IMG/VR virus record: IMGVR_UViG_3300045988_028735
Span: 1 to 43,801 of that record
From: a virus
Length of the DNA: 43,801 nucleotides
Strand: one strand, 5' to 3'
Position 1 is the stretch's first letter; each line of letters opens with the position of its first letter. A program made the position numbers and the translations under genes. Of this stretch, positions 8,259-17,083 are shown one piece after another. The notes below the pieces were generated by a model. The model saw only the letters and a list, made by a program, of their open reading frames with translations, had not been told where the DNA came from and searched no databases.

Positions 8259-11200
8259 ATGGGACGATTAGTAAAAGCGAATCCGGAAGTGGAAGCGAGC
8301 AAGGGCCAGACGACGGTTGTTGGAACCGGCACGCACGGCAGGCTTGTGAGAACGGGGGATGTGCAGCGCACATCCCCTACGGGCAATGTGGCGCAGAAGA
8401 AGCCGACAGTGCAACCGAGCAAGGCGGCAACGATTCCCGCAAAGGCGAGCAGCCCCATGTTCCGCACGCGGCAGAATGTCGTTACACCAAAAAATCAAAG
8501 CGCCCTTGCGCAGAATCTTGCGAAGGGCACTTTGCAGCAGCAGAGTGCGAAGAACTATCAAAGCACGGAAGCGCTTGAACAGCACGCGCAGGAGGTAAAG
8601 CCGAGAACTACGATGCAGCGTGTCGGCGACACCGTTAAGGGCGCGGCAAAGACTTACGCTTCCGGGCTTGTCAACCTTGTAGGTATGGCGCAGACCGGCA
8701 GCGGCCTACAGCAGCGCGCGGCGGCGGATGAAGAGATCGCGCTGTGGGATCAGGAGATCAAGACGCAGCAGGGCGTTCTTGCCGACCCGAAGAGCACGAA
8801 AATCGAACGGGAAACCGCACAAAATGTCATTGATGCGTTGGAGCTGAAGCGATCTGCCTATCTGAAAGCATACGGCGAGGGCGGCGAGGTTGAGCGGACG
8901 GCGCAGGGCGTTTACAAGACCGCCGACAAGTTGGCTGACAGCGGCACGAGGGATATCGAGCGCGCCAAGAAGGACCTCGGCGGCGTCGGGCGTCTCGCGG
9001 TTGACGTCGGTGTTGCTGGCGCGCAGATGGGCGCAGACGCAGCGCTTGGCCTGCTGACAGGCGGCAGCGCGCTCCCGGCGATGTTTGTACGCAGCACGGG
9101 CGGCAGCGCGCAGGAGGCCCGACGCTCTGGCGCGACGCATCAGCAGCAGGTCAACTATGGCTTTGCGTCCGGCGCGCTGAGCGTGGCGACGGAGAAGATC
9201 GGCAACGCGGCGGCCCCGTTCAAGAAGATGTTCGGCAAGGGCTTCCTTGATGACGTCATCGAAAGAGCAACGCAGAATCTGACCCGCAGCGCGGCGGGAA
9301 AGATCGCATTGTCGTTTCTGGAAGAGGGCGGCGAGGAAGTGCTCGAGGACCTGATCCAGCCCGCCTTGCAGACGATTTACAACGGCAAAACGATGGGAGG
9401 CAGCTACAGCGAGCTGGAAGCGGCGGAGGTGCTGAATGACTTTCTTGTCGGCGGCATCCTCGGCGGGCTCGGCGGCGGCGTGGAAGTTGCGGCGAATCGT
9501 TTTTCCGGCTTTGACAGCACCCTCGGCGAGAGCGGGCGCAAGGCGATTCGCGGCTCGTACCAGGAAGGGACGGACGCGGCAAAGCACGTGGAGGAATTTA
9601 TCCCGGCCTACAATGCGGGCGCGGAGGGAAAGGCGAACCCGAACCCGACGAATGAGACGGCCTACGCAGGGTATATTGCAGGCCAGAACGACGCAAAGAA
9701 AGCGGCAGGAACGGGCGAGCACATCGACAGCCGCACAAAGGAAAACGTAACGAGCAGAAACGTGAACGCTTTCCAGTTCGACCACCCCGAACTGCATAGC
9801 TATTATAGCGCGGCGGCAGAGCAGATCGCAGGTATCGCCGATATGAGCCTTTCACGCGGGCAGCAGAAGGGTGCACGGCAGCGGACAGCAAACGGATACC
9901 AGCGAAGCAACCAGATATTCGAGACACCCGCCATGCGCAAGGCGATGGACGAGGGTCTGACGCGCACGCAAATCATTGATGCAGCGCAGCGCATCATCAA
10001 CGATAACGGGCAGGAGAACGTCAAAGCGGCAAAAACGCTCGAGATCGTTCTTGACGACATGCTGACGAATGGGTACACTGCTGTTGATGGAACGGCGGTC
10101 GCCCCAAACACGGATTATATTGCAGCAAAGCAGCAAATCGCAGGCGCAGAGGCGCAGGAGACCGGCTTTGACAAGTATGTAACTGACAACCGCCTTGCCC
10201 TCGAGACAGGAGAGGTGACAATGGACGAGCTGCGCGCAGAATACGCGCAGCAGGAAGGAGCCGAACATGGAGAAGCGGTACATTTACGCGACGGCAGCGA
10301 ACGGGATAACGGTGCGAATCCCCGCGGAGAAGTACGAGGCGTGGAAGAAAGCACAGGACGAGATCAGAGCCGGAAGAAAGGGAGACACTTCGCAGACAGC
10401 GAAGCAGCTGCGCTCGATTATGGAGAAAAAGTAAGCACTGCGAGCTTTGGCATCGGCAGAGGCGCGGTCAATGACAGCGTCTATCTTGTGAAGAACGAGA
10501 CGGCGGAAATGCGCAAGGCGAAGGACCTCGCCAAAGAGCGTGGCCTGCGCGTGACGTTTTTTGCCGGAAATAATCTGACGTTCCGCAGCAAGAACGGGAA
10601 AACGTTCCAGGCGCGCGGCTACGTTTCGGGCGACCGCGTATTTATCCGTGCGGACCATCCGGAATTTACGTCGTACCAAATCATGCGGCATGAGGCCGGA
10701 CATGATATGATCGCAAAGGGCGAAGTTGATTTGGACGAGGTACGCACGCGCATCGATAAGACCTTTACCAGCGGCGAGATCGATTCCCTCTGCACAGCAT
10801 ATGCAGATGCTTATGCCGGCACCGAAATGACGGCGCAGGAAATCTGGGAAGAGGTCGTTTGTGATAGCCTCGGCGATATGAACATTTTCGCCGATAGCGA
10901 GATCAGCGATTCGGTGGCGTTTCTTCTTGCACATATCAAGGTGGAGAGCGAAACCGTTGCGCATGAAAACTCGCGCGCGCCGCCAAGCAGAACAGCCAGC
11001 AATTTTGATAACAGGGAGGTGTCCGGAAATGACCGAACAGGAACGCACGGAAATGAAAGCACTGTCCAAGAAGGAAGACAGAACGGAGCAGGAGAACAAG
11101 CGGTACAAGGAGCTTCTGGAACGGTTTCTCGAGGAGACGCTTTACATGGGCGGGACAGAGGACGACGAGACGTAACACCGTCATTCGGGGAAGCCCCGGT

Positions 11201-14200
11201 ACGCGCATGGACTGACGGGAACACCGTAACTCCGGGGCAGGGGACGGTTGCTTATCAGGAACAACAGACTGCTATGGAATACGGCATACCGAGCTTTGTT
11301 GTTTCCGATGAAATTTGGGAAGGAGAAAAAGGTTCTTTGCCCGGATTTTCAGTGAGTGGGCAAATCTATCTGAAAGAGAATATCCCCGAGCAGAAACGAG
11401 GCATGGTCACTATTCACGAAGCTACGCATATTATGAAGCAAACGGGATTTAGGCCGTATCTCGACTTTACACAGAGAGTGCCTGAAATGCTTAATATGTC
11501 TTCGCTGGAGGCAAACATCATTCTCGCAAGTCCTGCCAAACACAGAAATATCGATGTTCTCGGAGTAGACGGGACGATTGATGCGCAGAAACTTGAAAAC
11601 CTGAACGCAGCGGACAGGCTCAAACTGTATGACGAGTTAAATGCTATCCTTTATGGGCACATCGGCTCGGGAAAGCTCGACGGGCTGGAAGAATATCTGC
11701 GCAAAGCGTTTTACGATTTTGACGGCTACGCTTCCGAGCTGCGCGGTATCCATGACCAGTTCAAAAATGAAAACAGTGCAAAGCGCAATGATGCGGCATT
11801 CTCCCGTGAGATCCCCGAGGCGAACTATGAAGCGTTGAAAGAGAAGTACGGATATATCCCAGCGGGCGAGCGTGCATACCGCGAAGTGCAGGTGCCAAAG
11901 AAAACGGCGGACGACAAATATGTCAGCCGCACGATCCGCACGGTGCTGGAAGCAAAGGCAACGCCGGACGCAATGATACCGACGTTAGAACGAATGGTGG
12001 CAAAAGGAGAGTTCTCCTACGGCCGCTATACGGACAAGCAGGCCATCAGTGACGCAGAAAGCCGCATCAAAACCGAGGGTTGGCAAAAGACCTTGAATAA
12101 GTGGGAAAATTCCACCAAAGAGGGAATCAGCAAGGAGAACACGGCGATTGGCTGGGCGCTCTACAACAATGCAGCAAACAGCGGTGATGTGGAGACAGCT
12201 CTCAATGTGCTCGACACCATCGTAAAGCGCCAGAGAAATGCGGCACAGGCGTTGCAGGCAACGCGGCTGCTCAAGCAGCAGGACCCCAGTACGCAGCTTT
12301 ATGCGGCGCAGCGCAGCGTGGAGAACTTGACAGAAGATCTCAAAAAGCGGTACGGGGGAAAGGCCCCTGATCTGAAGATTGACCGTGACCTCGCTGAGAA
12401 GTTCCTGAACGCAAAGGACGACGATGCGCGCACCGAGGCGATGAAGGAAATCTATCGTGATATCGGCAGACAGATGCCGAGCCGATTCATTGACAAATGG
12501 AACGCTTGGCGCTACCTTTCGATGCTTGGTAATCCACGTACGCATGTGCGCAACATCGTTGGCAACGTAGGATTTGTTCCTGCTGTCACGGTAAAGAACG
12601 TCATCGGAGCAGGCATTGAGAGCGCTGCGAACGCGGTGAGCGGCGGCAAAGTCGGACGCACGAAGGCAATCCTGACGACGAAGGACGCAGGGCTTATCAA
12701 GGCGGCATGGAGTGACTATGCCAACATTCGCGAGCAGGCTCTCGGCAGCGGCAAGTACAATGATAATGTCAATGTGCGACAGGAAATCGAGGAAGGGCGC
12801 ACAGTCTTCAAACTGAAGCCGCTGGAAGCGATGCGCAAATTCAACGGCACGGCGCTGGATGCAGAAGACGCATGGTTCTCCAAGCCGCATTACGCGGCGG
12901 CGCTGGCGCAATTCTGCAAAGCAAATGGCATTACCGTGGAGCAGGTCGCTGGCGGGAAAGGCATTGAAGCGGCACGCGAATACGCGATCAGAGAGGCGCA
13001 GAAAGCGACCTATCGAGACACCAATGCGTTTTCACAGATGATCTCCGATCTCGGCAGATACCGCGGGGATAACAAGATGAAACGCCTCGGAAGCACCCTC
13101 GCCGAAGGAATCCTGCCGTTCCGCAAGACACCAGCCAACATTCTGGTGCGCGGCGTGGAATACAGCCCTATTGGTTTCCTCAAAAGCATAAGCTATGACC
13201 TTGTGCAGGTGCAGAAGGGTAATATGCAGGCGACCGAAATGATCGACCGGGCCGCCGCCGGTCTGACCGGCACGGGGCTAATGATGCTCGGCCTTTATAT
13301 GGCGAAAGAGGGCATTCTTCGCGGCAGCGGCGGTGATGACGAGAAGAAGAAAAAGTTCGACGAGCTGCAAGGACATCAGGAATACGCGATGGAGCTGCCA
13401 AATGGCACGAGTATTACGCTGGATTGGCTTGCGCCGGAAGCGCTTCCGTTTTTTGTCGGGGCAAACCTTTACGAGCAGATGCAGGCGAACAACGGGTATC
13501 TCACTATGAGTGATATGCTTCAGGCAGCAAGCAACGTGACGGACCCGCTTCTTTCCATGAGCTGTCTGCAAAGCTTGAACGACGTTTTTGACGCGGTGGG
13601 GTATGCGTCCTCTGGGGACACAAACGCACTAACCAGTGCGGTAGCAAGCGCGGCGACGAGTTATTTGACGCAGAGTATCCCGACGGTCTTCGGGCAGGCG
13701 GAGCGCACGGGCGAAAGCACGCGCATGACGACCTATACAGACAAAAACAAATTCCTGACGCCGGATATGCAATATGCGCTCGGCAAGGCCAGCGCGCGTA
13801 TTCCGGGCGTTGACTACGGGCAGATTCCCTTTATCGACGCATGGGGGCGCACGGAAAACTCCGGAAGCGTGGTCGCGCGGGCATTTAACAATTTTGCGAA
13901 TCCCGCGTATACCTCGAAGGTAAGCGGCAGCAAAATGGAAGATGAATTGAGCCGCCTGTATGAGGCGACCGGTGAGACCAAAGTCCTGCCGCAGCGCGCA
14001 CCGAAATCTTTTACCGTGAATAAGGAAAACAAACAGTTGACCGGCGAGGAATACGTCAAGTACGCCACAAAGCGCGGGCAGACTTCCTATAAGATCGTCA
14101 GCGAGCTCACGGGACTTGCGAGCTATAAGTCCATGAGCGACGGCGATAAGGCAGATGCCGTTGCGAAAGCCTACGAATATGCCAACATCGTTGGGAAAAT

Positions 14201-14519
14201 GAGCGTGAGCAATTACCAAACGGACGGATGGGCGGCAAAGGCCATAGATACCGTCAAAAAAACGGGCGTTTCAGAAGCCCAGTATATTGCGCTCTATCTA
14301 GCAAAAGGCGGGATCGAAAGCCTGAAGGACAAAAACGGTGACACCATCAGCAACAGTGAAGGCTTGCAGATCATGGAGCTTGTTTATCAGCAGAAGGGGC
14401 TTTCCGATAAACAGCGCGCGGCCCTATTTGAGGACTTCGGCGTCGGGAAGAGCATTCGCCATTGGAACCGCGCACGGGTGGACGAGCAACTCAAGATCGC
14501 ACGCAGAAAGGCGGCGTAA
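8259..14519 (+). CDS. giant polyvalent-type virion protein with two HEXXH zincin motifs (possibly a fusion of three modules)
   Basis: The reading frame is uninterrupted for 2086 codons. It contains HEAGH at 10689-10703 and HEATH at 11415-11429, and a hydrophobic helix at about 13250-13310. Two internal stretches show the coding signature in another frame (see findings). Confidence 0.7.
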   Translation: MGRLVKANPEVEASKGQTTVVGTGTHGRLVRTGDVQRTSPTGNVAQKKPTVQPSKAATIPAKASSPMFRTRQNVVTPKNQSALAQNLAKGTLQQQSAKNYQSTEALEQHAQEVKPRTTMQRVGDTVKGAAKTYASGLVNLVGMAQTGSGLQQRAAADEEIALWDQEIKTQQGVLADPKSTKIERETAQNVIDALELKRSAYLKAYGEGGEVERTAQGVYKTADKLADSGTRDIERAKKDLGGVGRLAVDVGVAGAQMGADAALGLLTGGSALPAMFVRSTGGSAQEARRSGATHQQQVNYGFASGALSVATEKIGNAAAPFKKMFGKGFLDDVIERATQNLTRSAAGKIALSFLEEGGEEVLEDLIQPALQTIYNGKTMGGSYSELEAAEVLNDFLVGGILGGLGGGVEVAANRFSGFDSTLGESGRKAIRGSYQEGTDAAKHVEEFIPAYNAGAEGKANPNPTNETAYAGYIAGQNDAKKAAGTGEHIDSRTKENVTSRNVNAFQFDHPELHSYYSAAAEQIAGIADMSLSRGQQKGARQRTANGYQRSNQIFETPAMRKAMDEGLTRTQIIDAAQRIINDNGQENVKAAKTLEIVLDDMLTNGYTAVDGTAVAPNTDYIAAKQQIAGAEAQETGFDKYVTDNRLALETGEVTMDELRAEYAQQEGAEHGEAVHLRDGSERDNGANPRGEVRGVEESTGRDQSRKKGRHFADSEAAALDYGEKVSTASFGIGRGAVNDSVYLVKNETAEMRKAKDLAKERGLRVTFFAGNNLTFRSKNGKTFQARGYVSGDRVFIRADHPEFTSYQIMRHEAGHDMIAKGEVDLDEVRTRIDKTFTSGEIDSLCTAYADAYAGTEMTAQEIWEEVVCDSLGDMNIFADSEISDSVAFLLAHIKVESETVAHENSRAPPSRTASNFDNREVSGNDRTGTHGNESTVQEGRQNGAGEQAVQGASGTVSRGDALHGRDRGRRDVTPSFGEAPVRAWTDGNTVTPGQGTVAYQEQQTAMEYGIPSFVVSDEIWEGEKGSLPGFSVSGQIYLKENIPEQKRGMVTIHEATHIMKQTGFRPYLDFTQRVPEMLNMSSLEANIILASPAKHRNIDVLGVDGTIDAQKLENLNAADRLKLYDELNAILYGHIGSGKLDGLEEYLRKAFYDFDGYASELRGIHDQFKNENSAKRNDAAFSREIPEANYEALKEKYGYIPAGERAYREVQVPKKTADDKYVSRTIRTVLEAKATPDAMIPTLERMVAKGEFSYGRYTDKQAISDAESRIKTEGWQKTLNKWENSTKEGISKENTAIGWALYNNAANSGDVETALNVLDTIVKRQRNAAQALQATRLLKQQDPSTQLYAAQRSVENLTEDLKKRYGGKAPDLKIDRDLAEKFLNAKDDDARTEAMKEIYRDIGRQMPSRFIDKWNAWRYLSMLGNPRTHVRNIVGNVGFVPAVTVKNVIGAGIESAANAVSGGKVGRTKAILTTKDAGLIKAAWSDYANIREQALGSGKYNDNVNVRQEIEEGRTVFKLKPLEAMRKFNGTALDAEDAWFSKPHYAAALAQFCKANGITVEQVAGGKGIEAAREYAIREAQKATYRDTNAFSQMISDLGRYRGDNKMKRLGSTLAEGILPFRKTPANILVRGVEYSPIGFLKSISYDLVQVQKGNMQATEMIDRAAAGLTGTGLMMLGLYMAKEGILRGSGGDDEKKKKFDELQGHQEYAMELPNGTSITLDWLAPEALPFFVGANLYEQMQANNGYLTMSDMLQAASNVTDPLLSMSCLQSLNDVFDAVGYASSGDTNALTSAVASAATSYLTQSIPTVFGQAERTGESTRMTTYTDKNKFLTPDMQYALGKASARIPGVDYGQIPFIDAWGRTENSGSVVARAFNNFANPAYTSKVSGSKMEDELSRLYEATGETKVLPQRAPKSFTVNKENKQLTGEEYVKYATKRGQTSYKIVSELTGLASYKSMSDGDKADAVAKAYEYANIVGKMSVSNYQTDGWAAKAIDTVKKTGVSEAQYIALYLAKGGIESLKDKNGDTISNSEGLQIMELVYQQKGLSDKQRAALFEDFGVGKSIRHWNRARVDEQLKIARRKAA
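10267..10434 (+). CDS. nested 55-aa ORF, +1 frame relative to the giant ORF
   Basis: SD AGGAAGGAG is followed by 6 nt and ATG, and the ORF has its own TAA. By hand count, G/C-ending codons are 41/55 here versus 24/56 in the giant frame. Confidence 0.35.
   Translation: MEKRYIYATAANGITVRIPAEKYEAWKKAQDEIRAGRKGDTSQTAKQLRSIMEKK
11029..11175 (+). CDS. nested 48-aa ORF, +1 frame relative to the giant ORF
   Basis: SD AGGGAGGT is followed by 8 nt and ATG, and the ORF has its own TAA. By hand count, G/C-ending codons are 36/48 here versus 14/49 in the giant frame. Confidence 0.35.
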   Translation: MTEQERTEMKALSKKEDRTEQENKRYKELLERFLEETLYMGGTEDDET

Positions 14520-14561
14520 ATGGGAGGGGACTGCTGATAATTTCTTGGCAGTTCCCTTTTT

Positions 14562-14595
14562 CCGTGGTGAAAAGCAGAACAGGTCGTGATACGCT
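14562..14595 (+). promoter_or_regulatory. late-promoter-like bipartite motif, copy 1
   Basis: CCGTGGTGA-N14-CGTGATACG lies 37 nt upstream of the first lysis gene. Same motif and spacing occur at 35413 and 39793. Confidence 0.5.
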
Positions 14596-14631
14596 CGAAG
14601 AAGACCACAAAAACATATGGGGGAGCGAGAA

Positions 14632-14934
14632 ATGGACAATGCAAAGCATTATGACGACGCGGCAATCGCGCTGATTGAATCGAGGTGCAAGAGCAACACG
14701 CACCGAATCAACGAACTGACGGAACATCAGGTGGCGCTGGACAGGCTGGTGACCTCGGTCGAGGTGCTGGCCACAAAACAAGAGACCGTGGAGGGCGACG
14801 TGAAGGAGATCAAGGAGGACGTGAAGACCATAACGGGCAAGGCGGGGAAGCGCTGGGACGGGCTGGTCGACAAGGCTCTTGCCGTGCTTGCAGGGGCGTT
14901 CCTCGCGTGGCTAATCTCGGGAGGGATGGCGTGA
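14632..14934 (+). CDS. XhlA-like lysis-associated membrane protein
   Basis: SD GGGGGAG precedes ATG 14632; the track start is 14617. A coiled-coil N-terminus plus a single C-terminal TM (ALAVLAGAFLAWLISGG) matches the architecture of PBSX XhlA. Confidence 0.55.
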   Translation: MDNAKHYDDAAIALIESRCKSNTHRINELTEHQVALDRLVTSVEVLATKQETVEGDVKEIKEDVKTITGKAGKRWDGLVDKALAVLAGAFLAWLISGGMA

Positions 14935-15155
14935 AAGCGCTGAAAGAGCACTGGGGCAGGATGAAAAAGCGGGACAAGTACATATCCATCGCCATTTTCA
15001 GCCTGACGTGGTACACCGTCGCATCGCTCACCATGGCGGCGCTCGGCGTGCCGCCGCCCGACGTGCTGACGGAACGCTGGTTCAAGGCGTGGACGACGGA
15101 GCTCGTCGTGGTGGCAGGCATTAAGATTTTCAGAAAGGACGATACAACACTATGA
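14931..15155 (+). CDS. holin-like small membrane protein (two TM)
   Basis: GTG 14931 overlaps the upstream stop (GTGA) after SD GGGAGGG; an alternative ATG is at 14961. Two hydrophobic helices. Confidence 0.5.
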   Translation: MKALKEHWGRMKKRDKYISIAIFSLTWYTVASLTMAALGVPPPDVLTERWFKAWTTELVVVAGIKIFRKDDTTL

Positions 15156-15361
15156 ATAACGATTTGCTGAAAAAGAGACTGGCGAACCTGTGCAGCGTGA
15201 AGAGCATTGTGACGATCGCCGCAACCGGCGCGGTGATCTACGGCTTTGTCGTTGGCAAGATCACGGGCGAGCAGCTTATGCTGATCTACAGCTCGATCAT
15301 CGCGTTCTACTTCGGCACGCAGTCGCAGAAGAATCAGGACGCCATTGACAAGGGGGCATAA
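15152..15361 (+). CDS. holin-like protein (two TM, charged C-terminus)
   Basis: 69 aa with an ATGA overlap with the upstream gene, located immediately before the endolysin. Confidence 0.6.
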   Translation: MNNDLLKKRLANLCSVKSIVTIAATGAVIYGFVVGKITGEQLMLIYSSIIAFYFGTQSQKNQDAIDKGA

Positions 15362-15363
15362 AC

Positions 15364-15939
15364 ATGGCAAGAGCAGAAGATATCCTCGCCATCGCACGCA
15401 AGGAGATCGGCACGGTGGAGCAGCCGGGCAACCGCCAGAAGTATGGCAAGGCCTACGGCGTGGACGGCGTGTACTGGTGTATGCAGTTTGTGTGGTGGTG
15501 CTTTCAGCAGGCGGACAAGCAACTATTTTACGGCGGTGGGAAGACCGCGAGCTGCGGCGAGCTGATGAACTATGCCAAGGCTCACGGGCAGTGGGTCACG
15601 TCCGGCTATCAGCCGGGCGACGTGCTCATCTATGACTTTCCCAACACGAAGGTCAAGACCGATCATACGGGCATCTGCGAGAGCGTCAGCGGCCAGTACG
15701 TGACCGCCATCGAGGGCAACACGTCGAGCGGCACGGCGGGCAGTCAGGCCAACGGCGACGGCGTATACCGCAGAAAGCGCAAGCTCTCGCTTGTGCTGGG
15801 CGCGTACCGTCCGAAGTATGAGGCGAGTTACCGCGAAATGCTCAAGCAGCGTGCTGGGCTTGAGGACAAGACGATGGACTATCTCGCGGCGTACAAGTAC
15901 GGCGCGGACCTCATTAGAAAACTCGCCGTAATGAAGTAA
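15364..15939 (+). CDS. CHAP-domain endolysin (cysteine/histidine peptidase)
   Basis: The motifs YWCMQFVWW (Cys), DHTGI (His) and EGNTS have CHAP-like spacing. The gene follows the holins. Confidence 0.8.
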   Translation: MARAEDILAIARKEIGTVEQPGNRQKYGKAYGVDGVYWCMQFVWWCFQQADKQLFYGGGKTASCGELMNYAKAHGQWVTSGYQPGDVLIYDFPNTKVKTDHTGICESVSGQYVTAIEGNTSSGTAGSQANGDGVYRRKRKLSLVLGAYRPKYEASYREMLKQRAGLEDKTMDYLAAYKYGADLIRKLAVMK

Positions 15940-16023
15940 TTTGTTGGAGCGGGCAAAAAAGTAAGGAAGGAGCACGGACGGCGAAAGCCACGCGCAAGCG
16001 CTCTGCAACGTCCCAAACGGGGC

Positions 16024-16263
16024 ATGAACAGTCAGCACAAAGCGATGCGAGCACAGCTATCCTCAATGGCTCCCAAAAGGGCCATTGCATATATCCTATC
16101 TTTTGAGCTGCCCGAGGACGAGGCGGCGTGCCTTATCGAATGCGATGTGCGGCAGAAAAGCTGCGTACAGGTGGCAATGGAGCGGCACATTTCGACAGAT
16201 TCCGTTAAGAAATACCGGAGACGGGCATACAACAAAATCACGCAGGAAAGGGCCTTGCCGTAA
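16024..16263 (+). CDS. small sigma-70 region-4-like HTH protein
   Basis: 79 aa. VAMERHISTDSVKKYRRRAYNKI resembles a sigma region 4 / ArpU-type HTH. A terminator follows. Confidence 0.5.
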   Translation: MNSQHKAMRAQLSSMAPKRAIAYILSFELPEDEAACLIECDVRQKSCVQVAMERHISTDSVKKYRRRAYNKITQERALP

Positions 16264-16294
16264 TGGTGAGGCCCTTACACTTTTCTTGCACTTT

Positions 16295-16322
16295 GCGGGC
16301 ACTTTTGAGTGCTCGCTTTTTT
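16295..16322 (+). terminator. intrinsic terminator
   Basis: GCGGGCACT-TTTG-AGTGCTCGC followed by TTTTTT. Confidence 0.7.
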
Positions 16323-16353
16323 GTATCATAGATGCAGGAAAGAAGGTGGCAGG

Positions 16354-16494
16354 ATGTATGAGCGGCTTTTGGCGATTGGATACACCGATCAAATGGCACG
16401 TGACGTGCTGACGCTGTTTCCCGACCCTGACGAGCTGCGGCAATACGTTTACTTTGCCGAGCTGTTCCACGCCTGCCGAGAAAGGACGGAGTGA
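16354..16494 (+). CDS. hypothetical 46-aa protein
   Basis: SD GAAGGTGG precedes ATG 16354; the track start 16309 is an extension. Confidence 0.4.
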   Translation: MYERLLAIGYTDQMARDVLTLFPDPDELRQYVYFAELFHACRERTE

Positions 16495-16495
16495 T

Positions 16496-16888
16496 ATGCC
16501 TTATCCGTATTATCAGACCCCGTATCAGCCGATGGGCTACGGGTACAACAACTATGCCCCTGTAAGCGCACAGAACGCCGCAGGAGCGCAGCAAATGTAC
16601 AGTGGTCAAATTACCCGCGTGAACGGAAGAAACGGCGCAGACGCGCTTAGGCTTGCGCCGAATAGCTCCGTTTTGCTGATGGACGAGAACGACCCAATCG
16701 TGTGGCTCAAAGTGACGGACGGTGCGGGCTATGCGACGGTCACGCCGTACAGCATCGCGCCGTATCAAGCGGCAACGCCGGTTGACGTCAACAGTCTTGA
16801 GGAACGCGTAAAAAGATTGGAGGAAAAGCTCAATGCCAAATCCGATGATGCAAATGCTGATGGGCGGCGGAAGCAGAAGGCCGAATAA
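16496..16888 (+). CDS. hypothetical protein with Tyr/Pro/Gln-rich N-terminus
   Basis: SD AAAGGACGGAG precedes ATG 16496. The protein begins MPYPYYQTPYQPMGYGYNNY, followed by a beta-rich core and a helical tail. Confidence 0.55.
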   Translation: MPYPYYQTPYQPMGYGYNNYAPVSAQNAAGAQQMYSGQITRVNGRNGADALRLAPNSSVLLMDENDPIVWLKVTDGAGYATVTPYSIAPYQAATPVDVNSLEERVKRLEEKLNAKSDDANADGRRKQKAE

Positions 16889-17051
16889 TCCCCTTGCGAT
16901 GATGGCGGAATTCCAAAAGTTTGCAGCGGGAATGACGCCGCAGAAAGCACAGCAGGAGATCGAGCGGCTTTTGTCGTCCGGAAAAATGTCGCAGGAGCAG
17001 TTTCAGCAGCTCCAACAGCAGGCAAAGGACTTTATGCAATTCCTGAAATAA
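16833..17051 (+). CDS. hypothetical Gln/Met-rich helical protein
   Basis: SD GGAGGA is followed by 8 nt and ATG 16833. The gene overlaps the upstream gene by 56 nt. Confidence 0.5.
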   Translation: MPNPMMQMLMGGGSRRPNNPLAMMAEFQKFAAGMTPQKAQQEIERLLSSGKMSQEQFQQLQQQAKDFMQFLK

Positions 17052-17083
17052 GCCGGGTCGACACGGTTTATTGATAAATTATT

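Noticed and set aside
11715-11729. DFDGY in the giant ORF, resembling the DFDGD metal-binding motif of two-barrel RNA polymerases (virion RNAP as in crAss-like phages)
   Set aside because: The third Asp is replaced by Tyr, and I see no surrounding double-psi barrel motifs. It is most likely a chance match.
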